Positions 27,540 to 40,899 of a DNA stretch of 64,000 bases are shown one piece after another. The position numbers were made by a program, and so were the translations under genes. Where the stretch lies: positions 6,386,001 to 6,450,000 of the forward strand of contig OZ024751.1 in assembly GCA_964016885.1 (NCBI GenBank). The letters run 5' to 3'. How positions within the stretch are numbered: position 1 is the first letter of the stretch; every line of letters starts with the position of its first letter. The stretch comes from Eledone cirrhosa (lineage: Eukaryota). The notes beneath the pieces are model-generated. The model was not told the DNA's origin, did not search any database, and was given only the letters and a program-made list of their open reading frames with translations.

Positions 27540-30500
27540 ATTTATTATAATAAATTTATAAATTTAGGTATTTATAAATTTCCGGTTGGTTGGTTGGTTG
27601 GTTCCACAACCGGATGATTGTTTATATATTGTCAAAGTTATTTCGTCACACATTCTGTGACCTCTTCAGTGACTGGGATTCTTTTCTTTGTTTTTTGTGC
27701 CTCTCCTTTGTTCTGTCCTACGCCATCTTGTTTTTGTGTGTGTGTTGTGTGCTTAGTTTGCGCATGTGTTACATCCGGGTGTCTGTGTGTGTTTATATTC
27801 GTTTATTTATTTGTTTATTTACATGTTACTGGTTGGTTGTTTGTTCTATATGTGTGTGTGTTTTCATTTTGTCCTTAATTGTAAGTTGTGATGTTGCTGT
27901 TCCACTCATGTTTTCTATTTAATTTTGGTTGTAATTCATTTATATTTATTGCCTCTGTGATTTGTCTAAACATTGCGTCTTTTCTGTGTGTAGATTCTAT
28001 TTTTATTTCTATGTTCTCTAATTTACCCTTATGTTCTATTTTAGCATGTTGGTAGAGTACAGATGATTCTTTACTATCTTGAAGCTCTCGCCAGTGTTCA
28101 TTTCTCCGTTCCCCTATACTACGAGCTGTCTCACCTATGTACACTATATTCTTATTTCTACATTGTCCTTCAGTACATCTTATGCTATATACTACATTTC
28201 TAGTTTTACAGTTAATATGGGGGCTTAATTTACAGATTATACATTTTTTATCTATACAGGGAGGTATTTGAAAAAGGGTATGTCTTGCTAATAAGTGTTT
28301 TTATGGAGGTACCTGGTCTTTCTACTATCTTAATATTGAATTTATGTTTATCTAGGGCCCTTCTAAATTTGTAAGCTAATTCACCTCTAGGGATTGTATC
28401 GATGAACATTACACTCTGGTATTTATTGCTATCATACCATGAGTTTATTCTATTAGCCTTATTCCTAGTTCTTTCTATTCTATTCCAAAATTTGCTCCTA
28501 TACAAGGGGCAGGTCCCATTTGGGTCATTATTTCCCATTTTTTCCCATTTGGTTCTGTCTCCTCTATACACTCTGATTTTATCTCTCTGATTGTAACCAG
28601 AGAACTGCATACGGTTGATGAAGTGTTGTATGTGTCTCTCTAGTTCTTCGGGGTTGCACATGCGGGACACGTTTCTCATCACCCGTACCAAATCCGCAAT
28701 CAGTATGTTGATTTTGGTATGGTCCGAAACAGCTGAGTTTCGGTGGATCAGATATTTAGACGTCATGGGTTTGGCATAATAGGAATGGAGGATTTGTTTT
28801 TTGTTATTAATGGTATCTAACCAGAGCTCTGTGTCTAGTACAGGTAATCGATGGTTGGGGTGTTTGCTTGGGTAGTCTATAGTAACTCTAATACTCTGGT
28901 GGATGCTTTTTGCTGGATGCTTTCCATCGTGTTTTTACTGGATGCTTTCCATTGTGTTTTTCTCTAATTCCTGACTGTTCTCTAGTGTGGGTGTTTTAAC
29001 TACGATGTTTATATCGTCAACGTAGCGGGAGTACTTTATCAGGGTTAGGGGGTATTCTAATTGTTCTTTAAGTTTAAGTTTAAGTCTACTGTCCCACCAT
29101 ACCACTAATAGGTTAGCTATGTCGCCTGCAAAGCTAACACCAATGGCTGCTCCCTCCTCTTGGGCATATGTTTTTCCATTAAATTTGAACATATGTCCCT
29201 TAAGGGTTAATTTTATGCTGGCCCCCACCGCATGTGCAATCATTATCTTAGTTCATCGTGGTATTCGGTGGTCCGTATGGCTCTGGTCCACCCGTTCCAT
29301 CTATTTGTCTGGGTTTTCTTGGCCATTGAGTTAATGATAGGTGGTCTCCCCCTTGCTGGTCTTGTAGGGCACAGGTTGCTAGGTCATATGTGTCTAGATA
29401 ATTATTACTAGGTAAGTTTAAGTTTGAGTCCCAGCTCACTGGTATCAATCCCACGCAACTCAACATTGCTCTCACTGATCATTTCTACGCATTTCTCCAC
29501 AGCAAAGTCCACGTCAATAGATGGATACAGGGACACAACATCCATACTACCTATTATGCAGTTTGTTAGGTCCCTAGATCGGTTACACTCGCCGATTCTG
29601 CTGAGGAGGTCCTCCGTGCTGTCACATACATCTGGGTACATTTCAACGATGGGGCGTATGATCAGGGAGAGGAAGTAGGACAGTCTGTAGTTACTAGCAA
29701 TGTTAGCTCCACAGACTGGCCGTGTTGGTGGTCCCGTGACAGGGTCACTGCCCGTTTTATGGTCTTTTCGAAGCCCATACAACGCTGGCACGTCATTGTT
29801 CCAGGCCTGGAAGTTGTTGGCAGTCCTTTTGTTGGGTTGCATTATATTTGTACACATCACCATATGGGCATTGAGGGCTTTTTCTCTATCCTCATGCTCC
29901 TGTGGTGTTGCTTCTCTTGTGTTAGTGATGTGGGGTTGCATTGCCTGGATGTAGTTTAGCAGACTGTCAACCGATATTCTACCAGACTTGTCTGTTGGAA
30001 AGCATGCTATCTCTCCATTACGCGAGCGCTGCATGAGCTTACGTAAGCCATTTGCAGATTTTTCTCCCAGTTGCTGGGCCTCCATTCTATTATGCTTCTT
30101 GCTATACTGTTCTATAATATTTCTAAGTTCGGATTTAGCTATACTAAATTGTGCTTCTGTTTGTTCATCGACCTGCGAGGGCAATTGCGTGCGTTTGTTA
30201 AAAGCTAATGTCGTGGCGTGGACTCGTCGCAGGTCGAACGACTTATCGGTGGGATTATAAAAAGTAGAGTTCCAGGCTGCTGCTTTATGTATACTAGTGC
30301 TATTGTTATTGTTAGTTGTGTTGTTTCTATTTCTATTTCCACCAACAGACTCATGGTTGTTTCTATGTCTCTCATTATTACTCCTGTCTCTTTCCTCTGG
30401 CTCATTGTTATTATCTACTCTATTTTGTTTGTCTGTGTGTTCGTCTTGGTTATTTTCTCTGTCCATAGTCTCCCCTCTCCTTTCAATCCTATTACCATCC

Positions 30501-31255
30501 CTTATTTCTGTGCTACTGTTATTACCTGTTTTCTGTGTCTGTGTGTTTGTTAAGATTGTGGTGGTGGTGAGAGGCATTGAATGTGTGTGTGTTGTTGTTG
30601 TCGTTGTTGTTGATGTGTGCTGTTGTTGATGTGTGTTGTTGTTGTTGTCTCCGTGGATGTTATTATTGTTGTGTGTGTTGTTATTATTGTTTGTGTCTGC
30701 GTGTGTGTTGTTGTTGTTTCTGAGTATGTTATTATTGTTGATGCGTGTGTTGTTGTTATTGTTGTTTGTGTCTGTGTGTCTGTTGTTGTTGGGATGTGTG
30801 CGGTATATGTGTGTGTGTGTGCGTATGTTGTTACTTTTGCTTTTGTTTTTGTTTTTGTTTTGAGGCTCCAACAAAATTTTGTAAATGATTTTTTCTATTT
30901 CTGACAACCATTTAATCATATTTACCTTGTTGTATGTGGCATACTTAGGCGGCAGTTGTAATACAGATAATTCATCAGAGTCGACCGTAGTGTTGCCGTA
31001 TATATTTGTGTTGTTGTTGTTGAATTATTGTTGTTAAACCTTATACGGCCAGAAGAACAGTACATTGTTCAAGAATGGGACAAGCACTTTAACAAGAAAC
31101 TAAAGTGGCTTAAACAGATAAAACTAAATCAAGATACTTTAGAGAATATCAATAGATATTCCGACAAAATTGACGGTATAAATATGGCTGACATCTCATT
31201 AACAGATGAATTCAACAACAACACAAATATATACGGCAACATTACGGTCGACTAT
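27540..31255 (-). mobile_element. Near full-length PLE (RT plus C-terminal GIY-YIG), frameshifted, with 5' inversion
   Basis: PTDKSG, LYGLRKDHK, RPV, SMDVVSLYPSI, QEEGAAIG, YVDD, YIGETARS..RQITEA..LN. Confidence 0.92.
27631..27673 (-). ncRNA. Minimal hammerhead in the 3' pseudo-LTR
   Basis: gtca-CTGAAGA-gtcaca/tgtgac-GAAATAACTT-tgac. Confidence 0.7.
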
Positions 31256-31435
31256 TTTCGTAATTAAATTAAATGTAATCAATAATTCAGTTCTTTGTTA
31301 ATACTGTTAATACGTTAAGACATTTAATGCTTTGATAGATGTTTTAAGGACCTTTCTGTATTATCTGCCAGCTAGAACCTGATTTCATATAGATGAAACT
31401 ATGAATGTATGGTCCCGTAACTCCTGATAACGCCC

Positions 31436-32516
31436 TTACTTTGAATAAATAATGAATGAAGATTACATAATGTATGTACTAAATTTCGTAGCTGTTGATT
31501 AAACATAAATATTCGTATATATAATGATTGCTTATTTAAACATTCACTTCTTTTAACATTTTCAAATGACAATACTTCCGCTTATGATATAGCAGGGTCT
31601 ATATCACATCGCTTATATATCATATAAACGTTCATATATTTGCTTCGTTATATCATAACGTTTATATTTCTGTCACAAATTTTCTCCTATTTCGTTTTCA
31701 TAGCATTTTGCTGTAATGCAGTTTATATATATTATCATCTTTTTTAATGTATCATGGATTACTTTACTGATTGAAAAATATAGTGAACACAGACTCTCTT
31801 CAATTTCCGTACATATTGTCAATTATGATTTCATTTGATGTATCATATGTATATGAATGTCTATTTGCGTATAATATCAATATGCACACTCCACATGCTA
31901 GCAGAAACCCCTCGAAGGGTGGTTTTTTTGCTAATAATAATGAAAGTGAATGATCTAGTTAAATATATAATGATCGGATTAACTTGACTTAGGTTAACGA
32001 ACTATTAAATGAAACACTTGAGCATGGTTTTCTGAAGTTTTTACAGTGTTATATATGCAAATATGTCATGAACATGGCAGGTAACATCCGTAACATGAAG
32101 TATGTATAATCTTTTTACATACTAGCAGAAGAACCGCCCTCTAGCCGGTTTTCTGCTAGCATATGTAGTGTGCAAAAGACAATATTTCTTTCGGCGTGTT
32201 TCTCATGTATGGATAAATATGTTATCCCTTTAGCGGAATCTTAGAAATAAATATATGTGGAAACGAAAAAGGAAAAAATGAGATTAGCGACGAAAATATA
32301 AATGTTATGATATAACGAACACTAACGAAAGTTGACATTTAAAGGTTTTAATAGAAGTGAATTTTGAAATAAGCAATATATTATACATAAGATCATTTAT
32401 GTTTAATCAAGAACTAAGAAATTTAGCAAATAAATTACATAATATTCATTCAGATAAATTACATAATATATATTCAGATAAATTACATCATTTTCATTCA
32501 TGATTTATTCAAAGTA
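31436..32516. mobile_element. Old fold-back or MITE-like element with long degenerate inverted arms
   Basis: Colinear inverted matches tttgaataaat/atttattcaaa, ttgattaaacataaat/atttatgtttaatcaa, ttatatcataac/gttatgatataa, atgctagcagaaa/tttctgctagcat. Confidence 0.65.
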
Positions 32517-33300
32517 ATTCAAATTATTTTAATAACGTGATGTAAAATAATTAACACATTGGACACAGTCTCGCAGTTCTCCAATCATTATATATGAGAT
32601 ACATATGTATATGCCTAATATAAACCTCTACTACAAACATATTACTACATCGGAGGGGTGGGGTGTTCAGAGGATTAACCAGCAACATCAATATGTAGTG
32701 TTTTTTTTTTTATTCACTAACATCTTTGATTCGCTTACTAATGTTGATTTTCTTCGCAATATAGTACATATTTGCAACCATTCCAGAATGTGTTTATGCG
32801 TGCCTGAGCTATAAATATATTCAAATATGATCTGTGATAGACAATGTTATTTAAAAGGCGTTTGTTTATTTAGTTGGAAATAAATATATCAGGTTAAGTG
32901 GTGTAACCATGCTGACTTACAAATTTTTATTTTTTATTTTTATTCAAGAGAGTATGTACGTACGAAATAGTTTTTGTAAATGTGAATCTGAAACGCGTAT
33001 AGCATTTCATGCAGCTATATATTACACTCACCTTTCCCAATTTCATTTTAAAGTCGGTCTTGAAAGACATGCTAAGAATCCATACTTTCGTTTTAATATG
33101 AACGTCTGAAGGTGGGAATAGGCAGCTGTTTTCCACTCAAATTCATTTCTCTTATCTGCTGTCTCTCCACAAATCTCTGGCCGTGATTTCTTTGGAGGCT
33201 GCCAATTGGATACTAAAGTTTTCTATATTTGAATATAAGATATCCTTGCATCTGGAATTCTTAGCGTAACTACTCTAACTGCAGTTTATTATGTCAGATA

Positions 33301-33397
33301 AGGTTAACTTTGCCTTTCATCCTTACGGGGTCGATAAAATAAAGTACCAGTAATGCTCTGGTTAATTGCTGGCCTTGTGCCAAAAGTAGAAACAATT
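33301..33397 (+). mobile_element. 5'-truncated SINE with TSD
   Basis: Core and tail; TSD ttatgtcagataa. Confidence 0.85.
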
Positions 33398-33616
33398 ATG
33401 TCAGATAACTTTGTGTAAAATAATTTGCACTCGACATTCAGTTGTATTTTTTGATAGGAAATGAAAATGATATCCTATAGATTAAAGAATAAGTGCATAT
33501 AAAATTCAAGAGTGACTGTGCAATTCCTTTGTAATTATCACGTACTTCTATACAAGATTGCAATAAAACATTATTCGCTGCCTAAATAACACATTTCTGT
33601 TTATTTACTATTCTAG

Positions 33617-33663
33617 GCGATGTAAAACGTTTCAATTTAGCTTCAAAATATACATCACAATTG
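33617..33663 (+). CDS. Candidate host exon E
   Basis: ttctag acceptor, G|gtatgt donor; RCKTFQFSFKIYITI in phase 2. Confidence 0.45.
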
Positions 33664-33739
33664 GTATGTATCTTACTTACAAAAATGAAATACTCCGAGC
33701 ATTGCTTGATTTATCTCTGTAGATATTAGTGGATTGTTT

Positions 33740-33845
<106 letters not shown>

Positions 33846-34768
33846 CTTTGTTTTGCCTTGCGTTATTAGATCGAAATATACGATCCATCTGAACCCAAGC
33901 ACACGAATATTATTGTACGTCTAATGTTTGTTTTACTACATACACGTTTACACTGAATTTGGGAGGGATAAAAAACATTGAAAAGACGACAAAGGCAATA
34001 ATAATATCGACACTTTGACATTATAATCAGGGGTGAAAATTTACATGGAAAGAGAAAACAAACGAAAAAACCAAATCAAGGGAACCAGAATATACACCTT
34101 CATGTATTTAGATGTTTCCTCTCGAATACAGTTTCAGATGAGTATAAAGAGAACCGAGTTAATTAACAGAGCATATGAGTTTCAACTAATAGTCACAGTC
34201 CCTGTTATTTGCCAAAGTTCAGATCTGAAATATGATTCGGATGATGATGACTAAAACAACGTGATTGATTCTCGTAATTAATCAATTAATGTGTAATTTG
34301 TGCATTTTATGTTCAACATTCTGCGGTTAAATTCGACCGTTTCATCCATGGGAATTGTTTCAGAAGCCAATTTCAATCCAGCAGAGTGAAATATATTTTT
34401 ATAGTTTAAAAACAACATATAAACTCTGTGCTAGGTTGTTAATAATGTCTTTGTTTTAAATTAATTGTTTTAAATTTTGATAAAGAAATTGTATGGCCTC
34501 TTCTGTACATAAGACGCACGTAGCTAAGAATTTCTACGTAAGATGCAGTATTAATTATCTTAAATTAAAATTATGGTTTACATATGTAATGACACTCTTA
34601 TTTTGATTCCAATCAAATTGGTAGTTTCTAGAGTCACTTTTTCCTTCTTCAGTTTTGTTTGAATATATGTTGAACGTTTATATATGCCAAATCATTGTCT
34701 TAGATTTCCAATTTAAAACAAATTTAAATTGATTACCCTTCTATTATTTATTCTGTTCTACATTTCAG

Positions 34769-34902
34769 GAACTGAATGCGAAACGACAGAAGATGTATCA
34801 TATAATCAACAGAGTGTACCGGTGATTATTATAAACATAATAACGGGGCTTATTGCGATTATAGGAAGTATATATTTCTGCGTCAAAAAATGGTGCTGTT
34901 AA
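34769..34902 (+). CDS. Candidate terminal host exon F with a hydrophobic segment
   Basis: Strong acceptor ttctgttctacatttcag; phase 1 gives TECETTEDVSYNQQSVPVIIINIITGLIAIIGSIYFCVKKWCC*. Confidence 0.4.
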
Positions 34903-35291
34903 ATCAAGTAATCGAAATGACCAGTATACAAATGGACCATACAAACTAGTGATAAATTATATAACTATATAGGAACCACTTCTACAAATTTAAGGAACGC
35001 TGGTATAATCGTAAACACATTTAACAGATCCGACAAAAATTCTCAACATCACGATGACATTTAATTTGGTCCTTAAAAGACAGTAATATTAAGTATTTGA
35101 TCTCTTGGAGAACGATTTCAAAAGCGCCCTCATACCAGAATATGGCTCTCTCAAGAATTTTTCATCTCTATATCGAAGACATTTTTCATATAATTACCAA
35201 TCCTAAGAATGCTATAAACAAAAAGAAAGAATTATTTAATTCTTGCTTGCATCGACCCTCCAAGACTTTTAAAAGTATCTATAATCTGTAG
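34850..35291 (+). pseudogene. Highly decayed Nematis-like GIY-YIG
   Basis: VYKWTIQTSDKLYNYIGTTST; ISWRTISKAPSYQN..INKKKELFNSCLHR. Confidence 0.75.
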
Positions 35292-36030
35292 AAAATATAT
35301 ATAGCCTTTATATCTTGGCCAGTTACAATTTGTATGTGTTCGCTTTTTTTAGCGATATTTTTAATGTTTTTTAATGTTTTTAATGTACATTCCAATAGAT
35401 ATTCTGTAAGTAACTTTAATATCTTTCTCTTAAAATCTTTCCTTAAATTTTTTTGTCAAAAATAATAATAACCTCTCTTTCCTTTTCTTATAAAAAAAGG
35501 TAATTCTAATAATTATTTAAATCTACCTAGCATCTAAACATAACGATATTTTTCAGTTTTAACGTTATCCTCATTAGCATATTCATCTCGAGGTTTGAAG
35601 TTTTGTTCTCAACCGCCAATTACACTCTCAGAGCGGACACATCGAATGTCAATAGCACCCGGGGACTTGCTCCTGAAAAATCACTAAACAATCGACCAGT
35701 GCTACCACTCCAGAGTCCAATACGAGAAAAAACGGCTCAAGCGAAAATATGAGTGGATCTTGTCGAAACGCCACAACGAGAACATCGACACTAACGAACA
35801 GACGGACCAGAACCACGTGGAAAACAACAACTTAACAACCGCCACCGCCGCATCCACCAACACCGAGCCACACCTCAACGATGCGACGCATCCGGTCACC
35901 GACATAACCGGCACTCTTACGAGCGACGAGCTGAAACTCCTACACCTCGGACCAAATTTCATCGTCTCACAACGTCTCGCCGACAGACATCGAAGCCTAC
36001 TTTTGTCGAGCCGCTTACCAACTTAAATGG

Positions 36031-37944
36031 GTGACTGCCATCAACAGCGCCATAGAATATAACAGCGCCCCCTGCAACCCATCCCAATTTCCCCACTTAC
36101 CACCCGGACAACCCACTCCACCCTCACACACCAACCACGAACTCGACACTAAACTCATCAGGCTAAAACACTCAATCTCGGATATACTTCACAAACACAC
36201 ACACACACGCACAACACATAACCTCACCAAATCTCAACTCACCACTCTCTCCAACCTAAAATCGAAGAACCTCATCTATCTCCCCTCCGACAAGGGAAAA
36301 TAATTCTGCGTCATCAGCAGAGAGGCCTACAACACCCTGGCCCTCCAACACCTTGACGATGACAACCTCTACTCCAAAGTCACGGGAATCACTCCCGCGC
36401 AGATAGAAGAGCACATCAACGCCGCCTGGACCAACATCTGCGACCGGCGAAAACTCCCGAAGAAGCTGAGATACAACCTCCTCATGGGGAACAGCAGACC
36501 ATCCGCCTTCTACCACCTCGTGAAAACACACAAACAGGGACCCGACCTGAAGATCATGCCCATTGTATCGAGCGTGGAGGGACCACTCTACAAAATTTCA
36601 TGGCTCCTAGCCAGAAAACTCAAACCCATCTTAGCCACCTTGCCGGGACACGTTAACAGCTCCGAGGAGGTGTTGAAGCGCCTGCATCAAATGGATCCCG
36701 ACACCAGAAGGAATAACAGATATGCCTTCAGCCTTGATGTAGTCGCTCTCTACACCTCGGTCCCGGCACTCCCGGCCGTCAATATACTGATGGAACGCGT
36801 CCAATCTACCGACTTACACTGCTTCGGGCTCACCACCACTGACATCCACCAACTCCTATCCATCGTCGTCGACGACACTTACTTCGGATTCCTTGACCAA
36901 ACATACCAACAAACCTCGGGATTGCCCATGGGATCAAGCCTGTCGGGTCTGCTAGCGATCTCTTACATGGACAACCTCGAGCGCAAGGCACTCAACGCCT
37001 GCCACCCCAACGCCGTCGCCTTTTCCTCGAGGTACGTGGACGATATCCTCATCCTCACATCTTCCCAAGACACGGCGAACAGAATCTATGAGACGTTCAA
37101 CAACATGGACGAGAACATTGACTTCAGTGTTGAACACCTCAACGAAGACGGGTCACTTGCCCTCATCGACTTCCGAATCAACATCACGGAACAGGGAAGG
37201 ATCCTCTGCAACTTCTACCGAAAGGCACCCTGCAGGGACCTGTTCGTTCACTACAAGTCCGCCCTCCCTAACAGTGCCAAAAGAGGATACATCACGAACG
37301 AGATCGCGCGAATAAAAAACAGATGCAGCGATCCCGCGAGTGGTATCACTCATACCAAGCGATTCATAGAGGTGCTGGAGACGAACGGGTACCCTACCTC
37401 GCTCACAGACAGAGTAGGAGACACCAGACACAAGAGACAGAGAGGCCCCCAAGGCAAGTGCTTCCTTAAAATGCCACACCTGGGCGAGAATACCACCAAC
37501 GCTATCCGAAAGGCTATACGGAGGGAGGGCCTCGACATCCACCTGGCCCACTCGGGCCCCTCCCTGCGAAGATGCCTCTCCAGGAAACCCGGGAAATCAA
37601 CTGACGCGTGCTCCCTCAGAGACTGCCCGATACGCCATGTGAACTGTTGCCTACGCACATACGTCGTGTATAAGATAGAATGTGACAGGTGCAACCAATA
37701 CTATATAGGTAGCACAATCCGACCTTTGCACATCTGGATCAGGGACCACACTAAAACCAGAGCCTCGTCTTTCCGGAAACACATAGACAAATGCGGAAAC
37801 AAAGACGTAAAGCTCATTGTCACAATTCTAGCGACTGAAAGAAACGTCGGCATGTTACGTATCAAGGAAGCGCTTTTTATCAAACGTCTGCAACCGCAAA
37901 TAAAAAATCGATCCGAGAGAAGCGAAATGAGGTGGCTGGTTTAA
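36031..37944 (+). pseudogene. PLE RT-GIY-YIG polyprotein with one in-frame stop (36301)
   Basis: SDKG, KTHK, SLDVVALYTSVP, QTSGLPMGS, YVDD, VVYKIECDRCNQYYIGST, KEALFI. Confidence 0.93.
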
Positions 37945-38351
37945 GTTAACAAACGATGCAGCATCACACGCAAACACACACACAAGCGAGACAACTACAC
38001 ACGCACACTCACACACAGTAGCATTCCACCATACAAACATACTACACTGCCAATACAGAGGAACAAGGCAACAACACACGCACACACACACACACACTCA
38101 AACGAGACAACAACACACGCACAGACACACACAGTAACATTTAACAAACAGGCAGAGAATGGACTGACAGCTAGCGCCACCCCATTCCCATAATTGAAAG
38201 AACTATTTCGGCCGCTGACTTCTGCCCGACCGACCCCATTTCACGCGCACGCGCGCTCTGCTGAATACCTCAGATATTCAAAACAACAAACAGCGGAGGA
38301 CGAGTTTCGCACCTTTCCGACAGACAACCTTTCCCCCACCCCGGAAAAAAA

Positions 38352-38387
38352 CCCCAGTTGATGGATGTGAATCCGAAATATATAGGG
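38352..38387 (+). ncRNA. Decayed minimal hammerhead
   Basis: ccc-CAGTTGA-ggat/atcc-GAA-ATATAT-A-ggg; core mutated. Confidence 0.55.
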
Positions 38388-38605
38388 ACAATTATATCTC
38401 TCCCAAGGTAACTCTCTCTCGTGTTGTTATTTTTATTTTATCCTTTATACTCTTTCCTTCATTCCTCTACACGTCTTATACACGCCACGCATCTCAACGT
38501 ACACCCACTTACATCTCTCTCTCCACCACCGGATCTTGTTACCCGGAGATTTACCCATTTGCATTGTCGAGGCTTCCAAACGACTTAAAGATATTTACAT
38601 ATATC

Positions 38606-38637
<32 letters not shown>

Positions 38638-38881
38638 GCGATATATGTTTATATATATATAGCTATAACTCAATATTTGCTCTTTCTTATATACACGCGA
38701 ATATGTGTTGTAATTTTATATTTTATTATATTAACCCTCGCCTGTCTGCTTATTTTGCATAGATATGTGTGGGTCCACATGCTTATTGACGCTGCCTTAT
38801 ATATACATCTATATATGTGTGTAGTTAATTCGTAAAATCTTAAGTAATGGAATAATTATAGTGTGTTGTTTATTGCATAAT

Positions 38882-39066
38882 TGTTTCTACTTTAGGCACA
38901 AGGCCAGCAAATACCCAGTGCATTACTGGTACTTTATTTTATCGACCACGTAATGATGAAAGGCAAAGTCAACCTCGCGGGATTTGAACTCAGATCGTAA
39001 AGGGACGTAACTATGCTGGAAAGCATGGCGTCCGACCCTCTACCGATACTGCCAATCCACCGCCCT
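38882..39066 (-). mobile_element. Full-length SINE with TSD
   Basis: Same family as 22343; TSD tgttgtttattgcataat. Confidence 0.9.
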
Positions 39067-39128
39067 TCTGTTGTTTATTGCATAATGATATGTAAATATA
39101 TAGATATATGCACGCATATATATATGAT

Positions 39129-39201
<73 letters not shown>

Positions 39202-39293
39202 TACCTATATATATATATAGGTATATATTTTATACATATATATATATATATATATATATGTATATGCACATATATAAACATATATATATACAC

Positions 39294-39326
<33 letters not shown>

Positions 39327-39327
39327 C

Positions 39328-39360
<33 letters not shown>

Positions 39361-39652
39361 CATACATATATACATGTATACAGTCATATGTACACACACA
39401 CAAATATATATATATATACATATATACATACATCTATACATATATACATATATATATGTACGTGACAAATACAATTTCTTCCATTTATATATTTTTTCCA
39501 TTTATATATAGATATATATATACATATGTATATACATATATATATACATATATACACACACACATATTTTTATATATATATATATATAGATATATATCTA
39601 TTATATATATATATAAGTATATATACATATATAGTCATATATGTATATATAC

Positions 39653-39783
39653 CATGGGCGAAGGATCCGTGCATGCAACGCACGCAGTGCATGCGTTATA
39701 GAATCTTGAGTTGATCAACTGCGTCGTTTGAAGCAAGCAGAATTTTGGCTGCTTATTAAAACGTATAGACACAAAAAAAGATA

Positions 39784-39847
<64 letters not shown>

Positions 39848-39858
39848 ACATACACACA

Positions 39859-39896
<38 letters not shown>

Positions 39897-40771
39897 ACCC
39901 ACGACAGCTTTGGGTCAAGGAGAATTTTGACTGCTTGCTAAATTGTAGTCACCTAAAAAGATAACACACACATACTCACATACACACAAACACACTACAA
40001 CTTTGATGCAAGCAGAATTTTGACTGCTTACTAAATCATAAACACATGAAAAGATGAAACAAACACAAACACACATACACACACACACACACGACAGGTT
40101 TGGGGCAAGCAGAATTTTGACTGCTTACTAAATTGTAGACACATAAAAAGATAATACACACACATACACACAAACACATACAGAAAAACACACGAAAGCT
40201 TTGGGGCAAGGAGAATTTTGACTGCTTACTAAATTGTAGGCACATAAAAAGATAACACACACACACATACTCACAAACACACGACAGCTTTGGGGCAAGA
40301 AGAATTTTGACTGCTTACTAAATTGTAGACACATAAAAAGATAATAAACACACACACACACACATACACACAAACACATACAGAAAAACACACGACAGCT
40401 TTGGGGCAAAGAGAATTTTGACTGCTTACTAAATCGTAGGCACATAAAAAGATAACACACACACCATACCCACAAACACACGACAGCTTTGGGGCAAGCA
40501 GAATTTTGACTGCTTACTAAATGGTAGACACATAAAACGATCACACACACACACAAACACACGACGGCGATGGGGCAAGCAGAATTTTTACTGCTTACTG
40601 AATCGTAGACATATAAAAAGATAACACACACACACTAGATAACACTACATGCGGTTTTGAACGTGAGGGTCATTTAGAGGGTATTGGGTGGGGGGTAAGG
40701 CTGCAAAGCCTCACTTTCCGCCATGGCGATTGGACTGCATTCCCTGCTTTCCAGGTTACCCTTCGCCACTG
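39653..40771. mobile_element. Non-autonomous hAT-type element containing a minisatellite
   Basis: Imperfect TIRs CATGGGCGAAGG / CAGTGGCGAAGG, 8-bp TSD ATATATAC. Confidence 0.7.
39718..40634. repeat. About 9 copies of a ~65-bp core separated by variable (CA)n
   Basis: acgacagctttggggcaag.agaattttgactgcttactaaattgtagacacataaaaagataa. Confidence 0.9.
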
Positions 40772-40899
40772 ATATATACATATATACATATATATGTATA
40801 TATACATATATAGTAACTTGATTCGACCCAACAATTCCATAATTCAAATTGTACCGCCTGAGTCTATTATAATAACCCATTATCATTATTATTATTATT

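Larger units (their letters stand above)
35600..38590 (+). mobile_element. Near full-length GC-rich PLE (Penelope/Poseidon-like)
   Basis: N-terminal ELKLLHLGPNF, RT, GIY-YIG and 3' pseudo-LTR with decayed HHR. Confidence 0.92.

Noticed and set aside
36301-36303. Recoded stop (selenocysteine) in the PLE ORF
   Set aside because: The stop is TAA, not TGA, and upstream frameshifts indicate decay
39718-40634. CRISPR-like repeat-spacer pattern
   Set aside because: Repeats about 65 bp and degenerate, spacers are (CA)n, no cas genes, eukaryotic context
40660-40771. Possible snRNA target next to the Tx1-like LINE
   Set aside because: No match to U1/U2 sequences I know; better explained as the MITE end
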